Origin: Candidatus Hydrogenedentota bacterium
GTDB taxonomy: Bacteria; Hydrogenedentota; Hydrogenedentia; Hydrogenedentales; CAITNO01
Reading direction: 5' to 3'
NCBI GenBank assembly: GCA_903902895.1
Contig: CAIUWO010000484.1
Span: forward strand, 1-26,075
DNA length: 26,075 bases
The notes below the pieces were generated by a model. It ran no database searches, was not told where the DNA came from, and worked only from the letters and a program-made list of their open reading frames with translations. The translations under genes and the position numbers were made by a program. Shown piece by piece: positions 8,914 through 17,946 of this stretch (position 1 is its first letter; each line of letters begins with the position of its first letter).

Positions 8914-11421
8914 TCAAGAAAGGCCGGAAGATGGCTGGCCGTTGTGGAGCATTTCGCTCACCCTGACGACCAGATCCCTTTCGGAGAAAGGCTTCGTGAT
9001 GAAACAGGCCCCGTCACCCGGCATGCCGCCGCCGAAAGTGATCTCGTCCGCATTGCCGGACTTGAACAGGACCTTGCTCTTTGGGTGGAGAAACAGGATG
9101 TTTTGGGCCAGAATGTGGCCGCTCATTTCCGGCATGGTCACATCGGTCATCAGCAGATCAATCTCTCCAGTGTATGCCATGGCCAAGTGGAGGGCGGCGC
9201 CCGGAGTGTTCGCCCGCAGCACGCTGTGCCCGTCATGTTCAAGCACCGACGCGGCCCATGCCATGAGGTCCAGGTTGTCCTCGACCAGCAGGATGGTCCC
9301 CTTGCCGGGCATGGGCGGCGGCGATGACGTTTCCGTCGGCTCCAAAACCGCCCCACCCGCATGGCGGGGCAGATAGATACTGAAGGCCGTACCGTGCCCT
9401 ACCTCGCTGCGGACTTCGATGAAACCACCGACCTGTTTGACAATGCCATAAATGGTCGCCAAACCCAAGCCCGTGCCTTTGCCCACCTCTTTTGTTGTGA
9501 AAAACGGCAAGAATATCTTGTCCAGCGTTTCACTGTCCATGCCGCAGCCGTTGTCGCTTACGGTGAGTACCACATACTCCCCGGGCGCAACGAATCCGTC
9601 GTCGCCGCGTTCGGATTCAGTGATGCTGCGGTTCTCTGTTCCCAGGGCGACATTGCCGGTGTCGGCGATGGCGTCCCGCGCGTTGATGCAGAGGTTGGCC
9701 AGAATCTGGTCTATTTGGGATGGGTCCATCAAGACCGTCCAGAGACCCTCCCCAGGAGACCAGTCAAAGACAATTTTCCTGCCCATCACCGATTGAAGCA
9801 CCTCGAGCAGGCCCGTTACAGCCTCGTTCAGGTTCAGCACCACGGGCTCGACACTCTGCCTGCGGGCAAAGGCCAGCAGTTGGTTGGTCAGGGCGGCGGA
9901 GCGGGTGGCGACCTTGTGGATTGTTTCCAGGTCGGCGCGCAGCGTTTGCTCCAGCGACCCGTTGCCAAGCGCCAGCTGGGTGTAGCCCAAGATCACAACC
10001 AGCATATTGTTGTAATCGTGGGCCAGACCGCCCGCCAACCGGCCCAAGGATTCCATTTTGTCAGCCTGCCGAATCTGGTGTTCGCTCTTGACCCTGTGCT
10101 CCTCAAACCGCTTGCGGTCGCTGATGTCCCGCAGGAACGCGGCCATCAGCCCGTCTTCGATGGCATAGTGCTGGACACTGATCTCGACATCATGAATCGT
10201 GCCGTCCTTGTGGCGGTGCCGTCCTTCGAAACGATCTTCGCCCTCTGCCCTTATTTTCTCTATATGGGCGGCGATGTTCTCGCCCGTCTCGGCGGCGTCC
10301 AGGTCGGCGATGTTCATGCCCATCAGTTCCTGTGCGCTATAGCCGCTCATCCGGCAATACGCGTCATTGACCTCCAACAGACGACCCCGCATGTCCGTCA
10401 ACCAAAAGCCGTCCATGGCCGCATGAAGGATGGTTCTGTGCCGTCCCTCCCTTTCCTGCAGCGCCTGTTCCGCCCGTTTGCGGTCAGTGATGTCCCTGGC
10501 GATGCCCTGAAAAGCAGTGAGCGGGTCTGCCGCATTCTTGAAAGAGACCGCACTTGAGGTGTGCCAGCGCCATGTGCCGTTGATGTGCCGCACGCGATAC
10601 TCGATGCCCTCCTGTCGTTGTCCCGTCTCGGTCACGCGGCGCAAGAATGCCCGGCATTCCTCAACGTCATCGGGATGGACGAATGACTCGAATGAACGTC
10701 CAATCACCTGTGCCGTCGGGTGGCCGAGAACTGCGGTCCAGGCAGGAGCGACGAAGGTAAACAGCCCGGCGGCGGTGATCGTATATATGATGTCGTAACA
10801 ATTCTCGACCAAGAATCGGTACTTTTCCTCGCTCTTCCGCAGTTCCTCCTCGGCCTGCTTGCGGTCGCTTATGTCGGCGAGCACGACATGGCACAAAGGC
10901 GGGCGGTCTTCGTCCCAGGCGACGGTCGCATCAAGATGGGCCCAGAAGGTCGTCCCGTCCCCTCTTGTCAGTCGCAGGCCATGTGCCTGCGCCTTGCCTG
11001 TCTCAAAGAGCCGCTTGCTGGTCAGATAGTAAGCGTCCTGACCCTCTTTGGCAAGGAACGTGAAGAAACTCTGCCCGACCAGCGCGTCGCGTTCCACGCC
11101 CAGCAAGCCGGCGGCGGCAAGATTGGCCTCCACGATGAGCCCCCACTCGCTGAGCGTGCAATAACCCACCGGCGCAAGGTCGTACAGGTCGGAATAGCGC
11201 GCCCGGGCCGCGTCCAGCTCCAACTGTGCCTGGCGCAAATACTCGTTCTGCATCTCCAACTCAGCCTGATGGACGCGCAGTTCGTGCACCGTTCGCCGCA
11301 GTTCTTCCGGTGCCAATAAGCCGGAGTCTTCCGGCGAGCGGTCCAAGCCGTGCCGCACACTCTCTTCCGCCTGCTGCCGCAACTCAGGGGCGTTGCGGGG
11401 TTTCCTGTCCTTGCTTTTCAT
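8914..11421 (-). CDS. cytoplasmic PAS/PAC hybrid sensor histidine kinase (coiled coil, three PAS domains, HisKA, HATPase_c, C-terminal receiver)
   Basis: No TM segments. An N-terminal coiled coil is followed by three PAS-like blocks. H-box ESLGRLAGGLAHDYNNML. HATPase motifs NLCINARDAI, DNGCGMD, GTGLGLATIYGIV. Receiver domain ILLVEDNLDL...LLMTDVTMPEMSG...KPF. ATG at 11421 is preceded by GGGAG. Confidence 0.85.
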   Translation of the reverse strand: MKSKDRKPRNAPELRQQAEESVRHGLDRSPEDSGLLAPEELRRTVHELRVHQAELEMQNEYLRQAQLELDAARARYSDLYDLAPVGYCTLSEWGLIVEANLAAAGLLGVERDALVGQSFFTFLAKEGQDAYYLTSKRLFETGKAQAHGLRLTRGDGTTFWAHLDATVAWDEDRPPLCHVVLADISDRKQAEEELRKSEEKYRFLVENCYDIIYTITAAGLFTFVAPAWTAVLGHPTAQVIGRSFESFVHPDDVEECRAFLRRVTETGQRQEGIEYRVRHINGTWRWHTSSAVSFKNAADPLTAFQGIARDITDRKRAEQALQEREGRHRTILHAAMDGFWLTDMRGRLLEVNDAYCRMSGYSAQELMGMNIADLDAAETGENIAAHIEKIRAEGEDRFEGRHRHKDGTIHDVEISVQHYAIEDGLMAAFLRDISDRKRFEEHRVKSEHQIRQADKMESLGRLAGGLAHDYNNMLVVILGYTQLALGNGSLEQTLRADLETIHKVATRSAALTNQLLAFARRQSVEPVVLNLNEAVTGLLEVLQSVMGRKIVFDWSPGEGLWTVLMDPSQIDQILANLCINARDAIADTGNVALGTENRSITESERGDDGFVAPGEYVVLTVSDNGCGMDSETLDKIFLPFFTTKEVGKGTGLGLATIYGIVKQVGGFIEVRSEVGHGTAFSIYLPRHAGGAVLEPTETSSPPPMPGKGTILLVEDNLDLMAWAASVLEHDGHSVLRANTPGAALHLAMAYTGEIDLLMTDVTMPEMSGHILAQNILFLHPKSKVLFKSGNADEITFGGGMPGDGACFITKPFSERDLVVRVSEMLHNGQPSSGLS

Positions 11422-11744
11422 GGCACAGCTCCCAGCATTTCTTCATGGTTCAGTGTTTTCGCCCGTTCCAGCACAGAAACAGCATAACCTTGTCCGGCCC
11501 CATTCACCAAAGAGGAGCTCGGCGCCACCATTCTGCTGAAATTTGCTGCGGACGGTACAATCGTTGTGGGCGGCCCGTCCCTTTTCAGATTTGCTGGAAC
11601 GCAACGATTCAGACCAATCAGACATCAACAGCAGGCTGCCAAGGGAGATTCATTTCTTCTCATTCCTTTTCGGCAGCCCCCCCTGCAATCGGACTCTCGG
11701 GGCAGACACATAGACGTGGAGCTTCGCCGCTTCGAACCACGGGG

Positions 11745-12476
11745 TCACCGAAACACCCCTTTTACCGGCTGCACAAGGTTGTATGGCGGCCAGGGGCCGC
11801 TCAGCAGCATCTTGGCAGACTCGTTGCGGTCCAGCATCTCAAACGCGCTGCGGAATGACTCAATACAAGAGCGCCTCACCAAGAAATGGAGTGACAGTAC
11901 GGGCATGCGGCAGGGGCCGCTGGGAAGCGGGGCATACTCGGACACGTGCCGCACAAACAAGCCCCGAAACACGGCGACCGCCCGTTCGCCAAGGGCGTCC
12001 GCCGTTTTGGCCGAGAGGGTCTGGCGGGCGTAAAGCGCCTTTCGCGAGGCAAGGTATTGTTTTCCGCCCGAGACGTCCGGAGAATCGCAGCAGGGGGGGG
12101 GCGTGGATGCGGTGCCGGGGTCTCCGTCCAGGATCGCCCGGATGCTCATCTCCACACATCCCTCCACGCCATCAAGGGCGCTCGCGAATTCCGCGCCCCG
12201 CTCTCTCAAGAGCTCCGCAACCCGTTCCGCGTTGGGCACCAGACAGCCGTAGCGCATGGGAAGCACGGTGCGCACCGCATGCAGGCTTTCAATGACGGCT
12301 GCGAATGCCTGCAACCGGCCCACGGTGGGCGCAATGTCCTCCTCCGGGATTTGTGAGACTGCGGCAAGAAGCCCCTGCTCGGCCAGGGCGGAAACGCGAC
12401 GTCCGCACCCGTCCAGGGGCAGTTCTGCGGGTGCTTTGGGGTCCTCGCGCATGATGCAATAAACAAGGTGGCTCAT
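11745..12476 (-). CDS. gas vesicle protein, GvpF/GvpL family
   Basis: Starts YCIMRED...; the C-terminus carries the family hallmark LLSGPWPPYNLV. Its ATG overlaps the stop of the upstream paralog (ATGA at 12473-12476). Confidence 0.8.
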   Translation of the reverse strand: MSHLVYCIMREDPKAPAELPLDGCGRRVSALAEQGLLAAVSQIPEEDIAPTVGRLQAFAAVIESLHAVRTVLPMRYGCLVPNAERVAELLRERGAEFASALDGVEGCVEMSIRAILDGDPGTASTPPPCCDSPDVSGGKQYLASRKALYARQTLSAKTADALGERAVAVFRGLFVRHVSEYAPLPSGPCRMPVLSLHFLVRRSCIESFRSAFEMLDRNESAKMLLSGPWPPYNLVQPVKGVFR

Positions 12477-13303
12477 TGCGGCTCATCCTCGTCGGCGCCG
12501 TTGCCCCCCAACCCGGCGCAGGCATGGTAGGGCGGCCACGGTCCAGTCGCCACCGCCGCGATGCCCTGCCCGGCATATCGCGCGTCAATGTCGTCAATCT
12601 GTTCGCGAAAGGCCCCGACGCGGTCGCGGCCCAGCAGGACGGCGACGTGCAGAATCATGTCCGCATTTCTGCCCGACGCCTTGGCCTCCTGCAGCTTCAG
12701 CGGGAACAAGTCGAGGCTCAGTTCCTCCAACTGGGCCTGAACGCTCTTGGCGAGGGCAAAGCCGCACTGCTTGGATAGCCGCAGCGCGTCCCTGTGAAGC
12801 TGCTTCTCCTGGAGATAACGGGTTCCGGGGGACCCGGACGCGCGCGCGCTTTTCGCCGCAAGAACAGGGTCTTGGGCCATGTGCCACGCTGCCGCCCTTT
12901 CTGCGTCCAGAAAGAGCTTGACGGACCATTCCTCCTTGTCGGAAATGTACTCCAGAAACCCGGCAATCTCTTCCGCGTCCGGGGCCACAAAGTCCATGAG
13001 CGCATCGGTGTTGGCAAACACGGCCCCAAACCGAACGGGCAGCACGGGAAACCCTTTCATCAAAGCCTCGGTGACACGCTCATGCGCACAGGCGCGCGGA
13101 ACGAGCCAAGCCGGGTCGGCCAGTCTGGCTTCCGCGTCGTCGCCGGTGAACTCGTCCAGGGAGACCACGCTATACACGGCGGCCACCTCGCCCACGTCAA
13201 GGACACAGACCGCTGCCTGGTCATCCACGCCCACAAGGCCTGCATTTGCCCGGGCACCGGCTGGCGCAAAGCAATACACGTACACACCTTGGTCTGCCAT
13301 CAT
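12473..13303 (-). CDS. gas vesicle protein, GvpL/GvpF family (second paralog)
   Basis: The track ORF is 12473..13486. I place the start at MMADQGVYVYCF (ATG ending 13303). It overlaps the Cdc48-like stop as TAATGATG and is preceded by AGGAAAA. The C-terminus reads ATGPWPPYHAC. The 61 upstream codons are Arg/Gly/Pro-rich read-through. Confidence 0.75.
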   Translation of the reverse strand: MMADQGVYVYCFAPAGARANAGLVGVDDQAAVCVLDVGEVAAVYSVVSLDEFTGDDAEARLADPAWLVPRACAHERVTEALMKGFPVLPVRFGAVFANTDALMDFVAPDAEEIAGFLEYISDKEEWSVKLFLDAERAAAWHMAQDPVLAAKSARASGSPGTRYLQEKQLHRDALRLSKQCGFALAKSVQAQLEELSLDLFPLKLQEAKASGRNADMILHVAVLLGRDRVGAFREQIDDIDARYAGQGIAAVATGPWPPYHACAGLGGNGADEDEPQ

Positions 13304-15474
13304 TATTTTCCTGATTTCAGCGCCCGTGTGGGGCCCGCAGCCCCGGTTCGCCTCGTGCGGATGCCCTCCAGGGCGGCCAGCAGCGCGGCGCGCGTGATTA
13401 GCACCTGCTCCCCCCCGGGGGGTGGGCTGTCCGGTCCGCGTTTCGCCAGCGTCTCCCGGATGGCCCCGATGGCGGCGCTTTTGCATGCGGCCTGAACCTC
13501 TGCCCCTGTGAAGCCGTCCGAGGCGGCCGCCAGTTCCTCGGTGCTCACGTCCTCCGCCACGGGTTTCTTGCGAAGGCCTATGTCGAAGATTTCCCGCCGT
13601 TCTTCCTGGCTGGGCGGCATGATCTCGATCAGAACGTCGAAACGGCCGGGCCGCAGCAGTGCGGGATCGAGCGCATCGAGACGGTTCGTCGCCGCCAGCA
13701 CGACGACACCCGTCAGTTCCTCCACGCCGTCCACCTCGGTCAGAAACTGGCTGACGACGCGCTCCGTGACGTGGGCGTCGGTGCCACCCGAACCGCGCAC
13801 CGGCACCAGGCCGTCAATCTCGTCGAAAAACACAATGCACGGCGCGGCCTGCTTTGCCTTGCGAAAGATTTCGCGCACGGCCTTTTCGGACTCGCCCACG
13901 TATTTCGACAGGAGCGACGGACCTTTAACCGAAATGAAGTTCACCTCGGTCTCATTGGCCAGGGCCTTGGCAACCAGCGTCTTCCCGCAGCCGGGGGCGC
14001 CCGAAAGCAGGATGCCCCTCGGGGGCGTGGTGCCCGCCTGCGTGAAGAGTTCGGGATGCCGCAGCGGCCATTCCACCGCCTCCTCAAGCTGCTGTTTCAC
14101 ATGCCGGAGCCCGCCGACATCGGCCCAGCCCACGTCGGGAACCTCCACGAAGACCTCGCGGATGGCGGACGGCTCCACCTCGCGGAGGGCCTCGGTGAAA
14201 TCATGCATGAAGACGCGCAGCTTCATCAGGGACTCATAGGGAATCCGTGCGGCGGCAAAATCAATCTCCGGCATGATTCCCCGCAGACACACCATGGCCG
14301 CCTCCCGGGCGAGAGCCTCCAGGTCAGCGCCCACGAATCCGTGGGTGATTGCCGCAAGCTGGTCAAGGTCCACGTCCTCGGCGAGGGGCATGCCCCGTGT
14401 GTAGATCTCCAGGATTTCCCGCCGTCCGTTGCGGTCGGGAATGGGCACGCAGATTTCCCTGTCAAAGCGGCCGGGCCGCCGCAGCGCGGGGTCAAGCGCG
14501 TTTGGAATGTTCGTTGCGGCAAGGACAATCACATGCTCGCGTTTGGCCAGTCCGTCCATCAGCGCCAACAGTTGCGCCACCACCCGCTTTTCCACCTCGC
14601 CCAGAACCTGGTCGCGCCGCGGGGCGATGGCGTCGATCTCGTCGATGAAGATGATGCTTGGGGCCTTGCGCGCGGCCTCCTCAAAGATCTTGCGCAGGTG
14701 GGCCTCGCTTTCGCCGTAGAATTTGTGCACGATTTCCGGGCCGTTTACGGAGAAGAACGCCGTCTCGGTCTCGTGGGCCACGGCGCGCGCGATCAGGGTT
14801 TTTCCGCAGCCCGGGGGCCCGTACAGCAGCACCCCCTTCGGCGCGGCCACTCCCAGGCGTTCGAAAACTTCCGGATACCGCAGCGGCAGTTCCACAATCT
14901 CCCGAATGCGGTCAATTTCCCGCCGCAGACCGCCAATGTCCTCGTACGAGATCGCGCTGGACTCTTCGCTCTTCTCGGCGCGCCCCACTTCCATCGTCGT
15001 GGTTGAATTGATAACCACGGGGCCTTTGGGCGCGGTGCTGGTCACCTTGAAATCCACGGAACGCGTTCCGAACAGCGTGGCCCGGATACGGTCACCGACC
15101 ACAACCGGCGTGCCGTCGAGGAGACTGCCGATATAGGTCAGGTCCCGGTCGCGCGGGGCCGTCGTCACCGGCACAATGCACACGCGCTGCGCCGGGCTGG
15201 CCGAAATCTTTCGCACTTCAACCATCTGGTCCAGCGCGGTGCCCGCGTTCTCCCGGGACAGTCCGTCAATTTGAACGCGAGACTGGCCGCGCTGTTCCTT
15301 GTAGGCCGGCATGGCCTTGCATACGGTTTCCCGCTTGCCGACGATGGTCACGATATCGCCAATCTCCAGGCCGAGCGCGGCCATGTCTGCGGGGTCCAAC
15401 CGCGCCAGACCGCGGCCGGCATCTTTGCCCGAAGCTTCGCTGACCTTCAACTTCACCGTCTTGGTCGCTGTCAT
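13303..15474 (-). CDS. Cdc48/VCP-like AAA+ ATPase (N-domain plus D1 and D2 AAA modules)
   Basis: A Cdc48-type N-domain (KLKVSEASGKDAGRGLARLDPADMAALGLEIGDIVTIVGKR) is followed by two Walker A motifs (GVLLYGPPGCGKT and GILLSGAPGCGKT), each with Walker B (IIFIDEID and IVFFDEID) and second-region-of-homology arginines. ATG at 15474 is preceded by AGGAAGGA. Confidence 0.85.
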   Translation of the reverse strand: MTATKTVKLKVSEASGKDAGRGLARLDPADMAALGLEIGDIVTIVGKRETVCKAMPAYKEQRGQSRVQIDGLSRENAGTALDQMVEVRKISASPAQRVCIVPVTTAPRDRDLTYIGSLLDGTPVVVGDRIRATLFGTRSVDFKVTSTAPKGPVVINSTTTMEVGRAEKSEESSAISYEDIGGLRREIDRIREIVELPLRYPEVFERLGVAAPKGVLLYGPPGCGKTLIARAVAHETETAFFSVNGPEIVHKFYGESEAHLRKIFEEAARKAPSIIFIDEIDAIAPRRDQVLGEVEKRVVAQLLALMDGLAKREHVIVLAATNIPNALDPALRRPGRFDREICVPIPDRNGRREILEIYTRGMPLAEDVDLDQLAAITHGFVGADLEALAREAAMVCLRGIMPEIDFAAARIPYESLMKLRVFMHDFTEALREVEPSAIREVFVEVPDVGWADVGGLRHVKQQLEEAVEWPLRHPELFTQAGTTPPRGILLSGAPGCGKTLVAKALANETEVNFISVKGPSLLSKYVGESEKAVREIFRKAKQAAPCIVFFDEIDGLVPVRGSGGTDAHVTERVVSQFLTEVDGVEELTGVVVLAATNRLDALDPALLRPGRFDVLIEIMPPSQEERREIFDIGLRKKPVAEDVSTEELAAASDGFTGAEVQAACKSAAIGAIRETLAKRGPDSPPPGGEQVLITRAALLAALEGIRTRRTGAAGPTRALKSGK

Positions 15475-15492
15475 GATGCGTGGTGTTCCTTC

Positions 15493-16017
15493 CTACGGGG
15501 TCTTGACGAACTTTACCTCTAGCATGCCGTTCCGGCAGTTGTGGCTCATGCTGCTCTCGGGAAATTCGCCCGGCAAAATCACCTCTTTCTGGTACTTCAT
15601 CGCGCCGCGCGCCGCGCTGATGACCAGAATGTCGTGCGCCAACTCGAGGCAAACGTCCTTCTCGTCGACACCGGGCATCTCGGCCACCACCAGGATGTGC
15701 GTCTCTTCATCGAAGATGTCCACGATCGGCTCGCGCACCTCATCGACCACCGGTTTCCCCGTCCCGGCGTCGGGCCGCACGTTTCCGAAGGGTTCCACCT
15801 CGAACTCGTCCTTGCCCAGGCCAACCTTGACGTTGAAGCCATAAATGCCCCGCAGTTTGCCCCCGGGGCCGTGAATCTCGCCGGACTTGCGCAGTTCCTC
15901 CCCTTTCTCAGCGAGCTCACTAAGCTTCTCCATCATGGCGCCCAGACCGCCGAGCAATTTGCCGATCCCGGAAATGCCTTCGCTGTCAGAGTCTTTCTTC
16001 TTTTCATGCTTGGCCAT
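15493..16017 (-). CDS. Hsp20/alpha-crystallin family small heat-shock protein with a ~60-aa low-complexity N-terminal extension
   Basis: The alpha-crystallin domain reads REPIVDIFDEETHILVVAEMPGVDEKDVCLEL...DILVISAARG...YQKEVILPGEF...NGMLEVKF. It lies 12 nt downstream of the activator gene and 18 nt upstream of the Cdc48-like gene. Confidence 0.8.
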   Translation of the reverse strand: MAKHEKKKDSDSEGISGIGKLLGGLGAMMEKLSELAEKGEELRKSGEIHGPGGKLRGIYGFNVKVGLGKDEFEVEPFGNVRPDAGTGKPVVDEVREPIVDIFDEETHILVVAEMPGVDEKDVCLELAHDILVISAARGAMKYQKEVILPGEFPESSMSHNCRNGMLEVKFVKTP

Positions 16018-16029
16018 AGTGATTGCCTT

Positions 16030-17460
16030 TCATGGTTGAGATATCTTATATTCCTTCACCTTGACGTGTATTGTCTTATAGTCCACGCTCAGTATCCGGG
16101 CGGCTTCCGCCTTGTTCCACCGGGCGTGAATCAGAACCTCCGTGATAACCTGCTTCTCGATGTCCGCCACGGTCTTTCTGACCACTTCTTTGAGCGACAC
16201 ATTTCCCGCGATGCAGTCTATTTCTGTGATCTGCTGGACCGTGTTGGAGGCCGCCTTTTCCTTTTTTGGACTAATCGTCATGTTCTCCGGCAGGATGTAT
16301 TTGTCGCACCGCAGTGCCGCCTGCCGAATGACGTTGCGCAGTTCGCGCACGTTGCCCGGCCACTCAAAGGCAAGGAGCAGTTCCACAGCCTCCTGCGAGA
16401 AGCCCAGAATGTCTTTGGTCAATTCCGCCTTGGCGGACATCAGAAAGCGGGTGGCGAGAAATATGATGTCCTCCGGACGGTCACGCAACGGGGGGATGCT
16501 GATGCTGAATTCACTCAGCCGGTAATACAGGTCCTTTCGGAAAAGATTTTTCTGCACCATGGCGCCCAAATCCTCGTTGGCCGCGCCGACCACGCGGATA
16601 TCCACGTCAATGGGCCGGATCCCGCCGACACGCCAAATCTTCCTCTCTTCCAGCGCGCGCAGCAGTTTGGCCTGGAGCGCGAGGGTAAGGTTTGATATCT
16701 CGTCAAGAAAGAGCGTGCCTCCCGAGGCCATTTCCATCTTGCCGGGCTGTGACTGATGCGCGCCGGTATAGGACCCCTTCTCATGCCCAAACAGCTCGCT
16801 CTCTATGAGCGTCGGGGTTATTGAGCCGCAGTCCACAGGCACGAAAGGCCCCTTCGCGCGGTTGCTCAGGCGGTGGAGGCCCTCCACAATCAATTCCTTG
16901 CCGGTGCCCGTTTCACCGGTGATGAGCACGGTGAAGTCCGTGGGGGCCACAAGTTCAACGCTGGCTATCAGGGCGGCGATCTGCCTTCCCGTGCCCATCC
17001 GTTCGGCGAGAGACTCATGGCCCTCAATGCCGTTGGCATGCGAACCCAAGTAGGGGTAGCGCTTCCTGAGCGCCTTTTGCACGGCAACGATGAACCTTTG
17101 AAGGTCAAACGGCTTTAGCAGATAATCATCGGCGCCGCTCTTTATGGCCTGCACAGCCATGTTGATGTCGCCGAAGCCTGTAATCAGGATCACGGGCATG
17201 CCCGGATAGATTTTCTGTATCTGCTTGAAAAGCTCCATCCCGCCCATTCCAGGCATTTTCAAGTCCGTCACCACCACGTTGACCTTCTCGTTCCGAAGCA
17301 CTTCCAGGGCGCCCTCCCCCGTTGTTGCCTCGAGCAGGCCGCACCCCAGATTTTCGATGGCCCGGCATAACAACGCGCGCACATCATCCTCGTCATCCGT
17401 GACGAGCACCCGACCCCATTCCTTGTCCTCTGTCTTCAAAGCATCGAACTCCTTCGCCAT
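16030..17460 (-). CDS. sigma54-dependent Fis-family response regulator (NtrC-type enhancer-binding protein)
   Basis: Receiver domain (VLVTDDEDD...VVVTDLKMPGMGGMEL...KPF). Sigma54-interaction AAA+ domain (VLITGETGTGKELIVEGLH, and ESELFGHEKGSYTGA as a GAFTGA-type loop). C-terminal Fis HTH (NKAEAARILSVDYKTIHVKVKEY). Confidence 0.9.
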   Translation of the reverse strand: MAKEFDALKTEDKEWGRVLVTDDEDDVRALLCRAIENLGCGLLEATTGEGALEVLRNEKVNVVVTDLKMPGMGGMELFKQIQKIYPGMPVILITGFGDINMAVQAIKSGADDYLLKPFDLQRFIVAVQKALRKRYPYLGSHANGIEGHESLAERMGTGRQIAALIASVELVAPTDFTVLITGETGTGKELIVEGLHRLSNRAKGPFVPVDCGSITPTLIESELFGHEKGSYTGAHQSQPGKMEMASGGTLFLDEISNLTLALQAKLLRALEERKIWRVGGIRPIDVDIRVVGAANEDLGAMVQKNLFRKDLYYRLSEFSISIPPLRDRPEDIIFLATRFLMSAKAELTKDILGFSQEAVELLLAFEWPGNVRELRNVIRQAALRCDKYILPENMTISPKKEKAASNTVQQITEIDCIAGNVSLKEVVRKTVADIEKQVITEVLIHARWNKAEAARILSVDYKTIHVKVKEYKISQP

Positions 17461-17654
17461 GATGGACCCACCTGCGGTCCTTTTTTATGTCGCTCGAGGC
17501 GGCCGGAGCAAACACTGTTAATTGGGAAAGGGTCTTTCCAAGCTCTTGAAATGCGTTTTGCCGTAACTAAGGTAAGGCTTCCACTCTGCGGGCCGCGAAC
17601 GGTCAGGCACCCTAAACAAACATAGCTCATATTCGCCCAAACTGGTCGATTATA

Positions 17655-17672
17655 GTTGCATTAGCTTGACCA
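17655..17672 (-). promoter_or_regulatory. weak candidate sigma54-like -24/-12 element upstream of the activator operon
   Basis: The minus strand reads TGGTCA-AGCTA-ATGCA, with GG/GC spacing as in the consensus but degenerate hexamers. It sits in an ~80-bp AT-rich patch that also contains TATAAT, so it could equally be chance. Confidence 0.2.
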
Positions 17673-17946
17673 TAATCACTATTTTAACATATTTGAGTTT
17701 TTTTTTGTGGACCGGGTGGGTCATATGCCCCGCTGTTTCCGCAACGGACCGGAGCGCCAGATGGGGGTCCTGCCGTCTCGTCGCGGGGACGGCAGGGGAA
17801 GAGTCCGCGCGCAAGCCGCCAGTTACGGGCGCCAGGAGCGGTCGGTTCCCCATAGCCTCTTTCCGCGGTATGGGACACACGCCGCTTGGCAGCCCGGACC
17901 GGTTCTGTGTCTAAGCAGCCCGGCCTTTGGCAGAATTGCCGGGGGT

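Noticed and set aside
9361-10557. 398-aa plus-strand ORF antisense to the histidine kinase, and similar antisense ORFs at 13771..15006, 15541..16695, 19328..20760, 21233..21997, 22912..23853 and 24016..24687.
   Set aside because: Each lies opposite a gene with clear family motifs. Their composition is Arg/Gly/His-rich and they have no recognisable domains or ribosome-binding sites.
11725-11770. Hairpin GGGGTcaccgaaacACCCC followed by TTTTA on the plus strand, and a TTCGAACC string that looks superficially like a tRNA T-loop.
   Set aside because: The hairpin overlaps the last codons of the minus-strand GvpF/L gene. No plus-strand gene ends there, and on the minus strand no U-tract follows. 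The flanking sequence cannot form tRNA acceptor, D or anticodon arms.
17695-17725. T10 run followed by GACC-N5-GGTC.
   Set aside because: The T-tract precedes rather than follows the stem on the plus strand, and on the minus strand it is an A-tract. It is not a rho-independent terminator for either neighbouring gene and is probably just part of the AT-rich promoter region.
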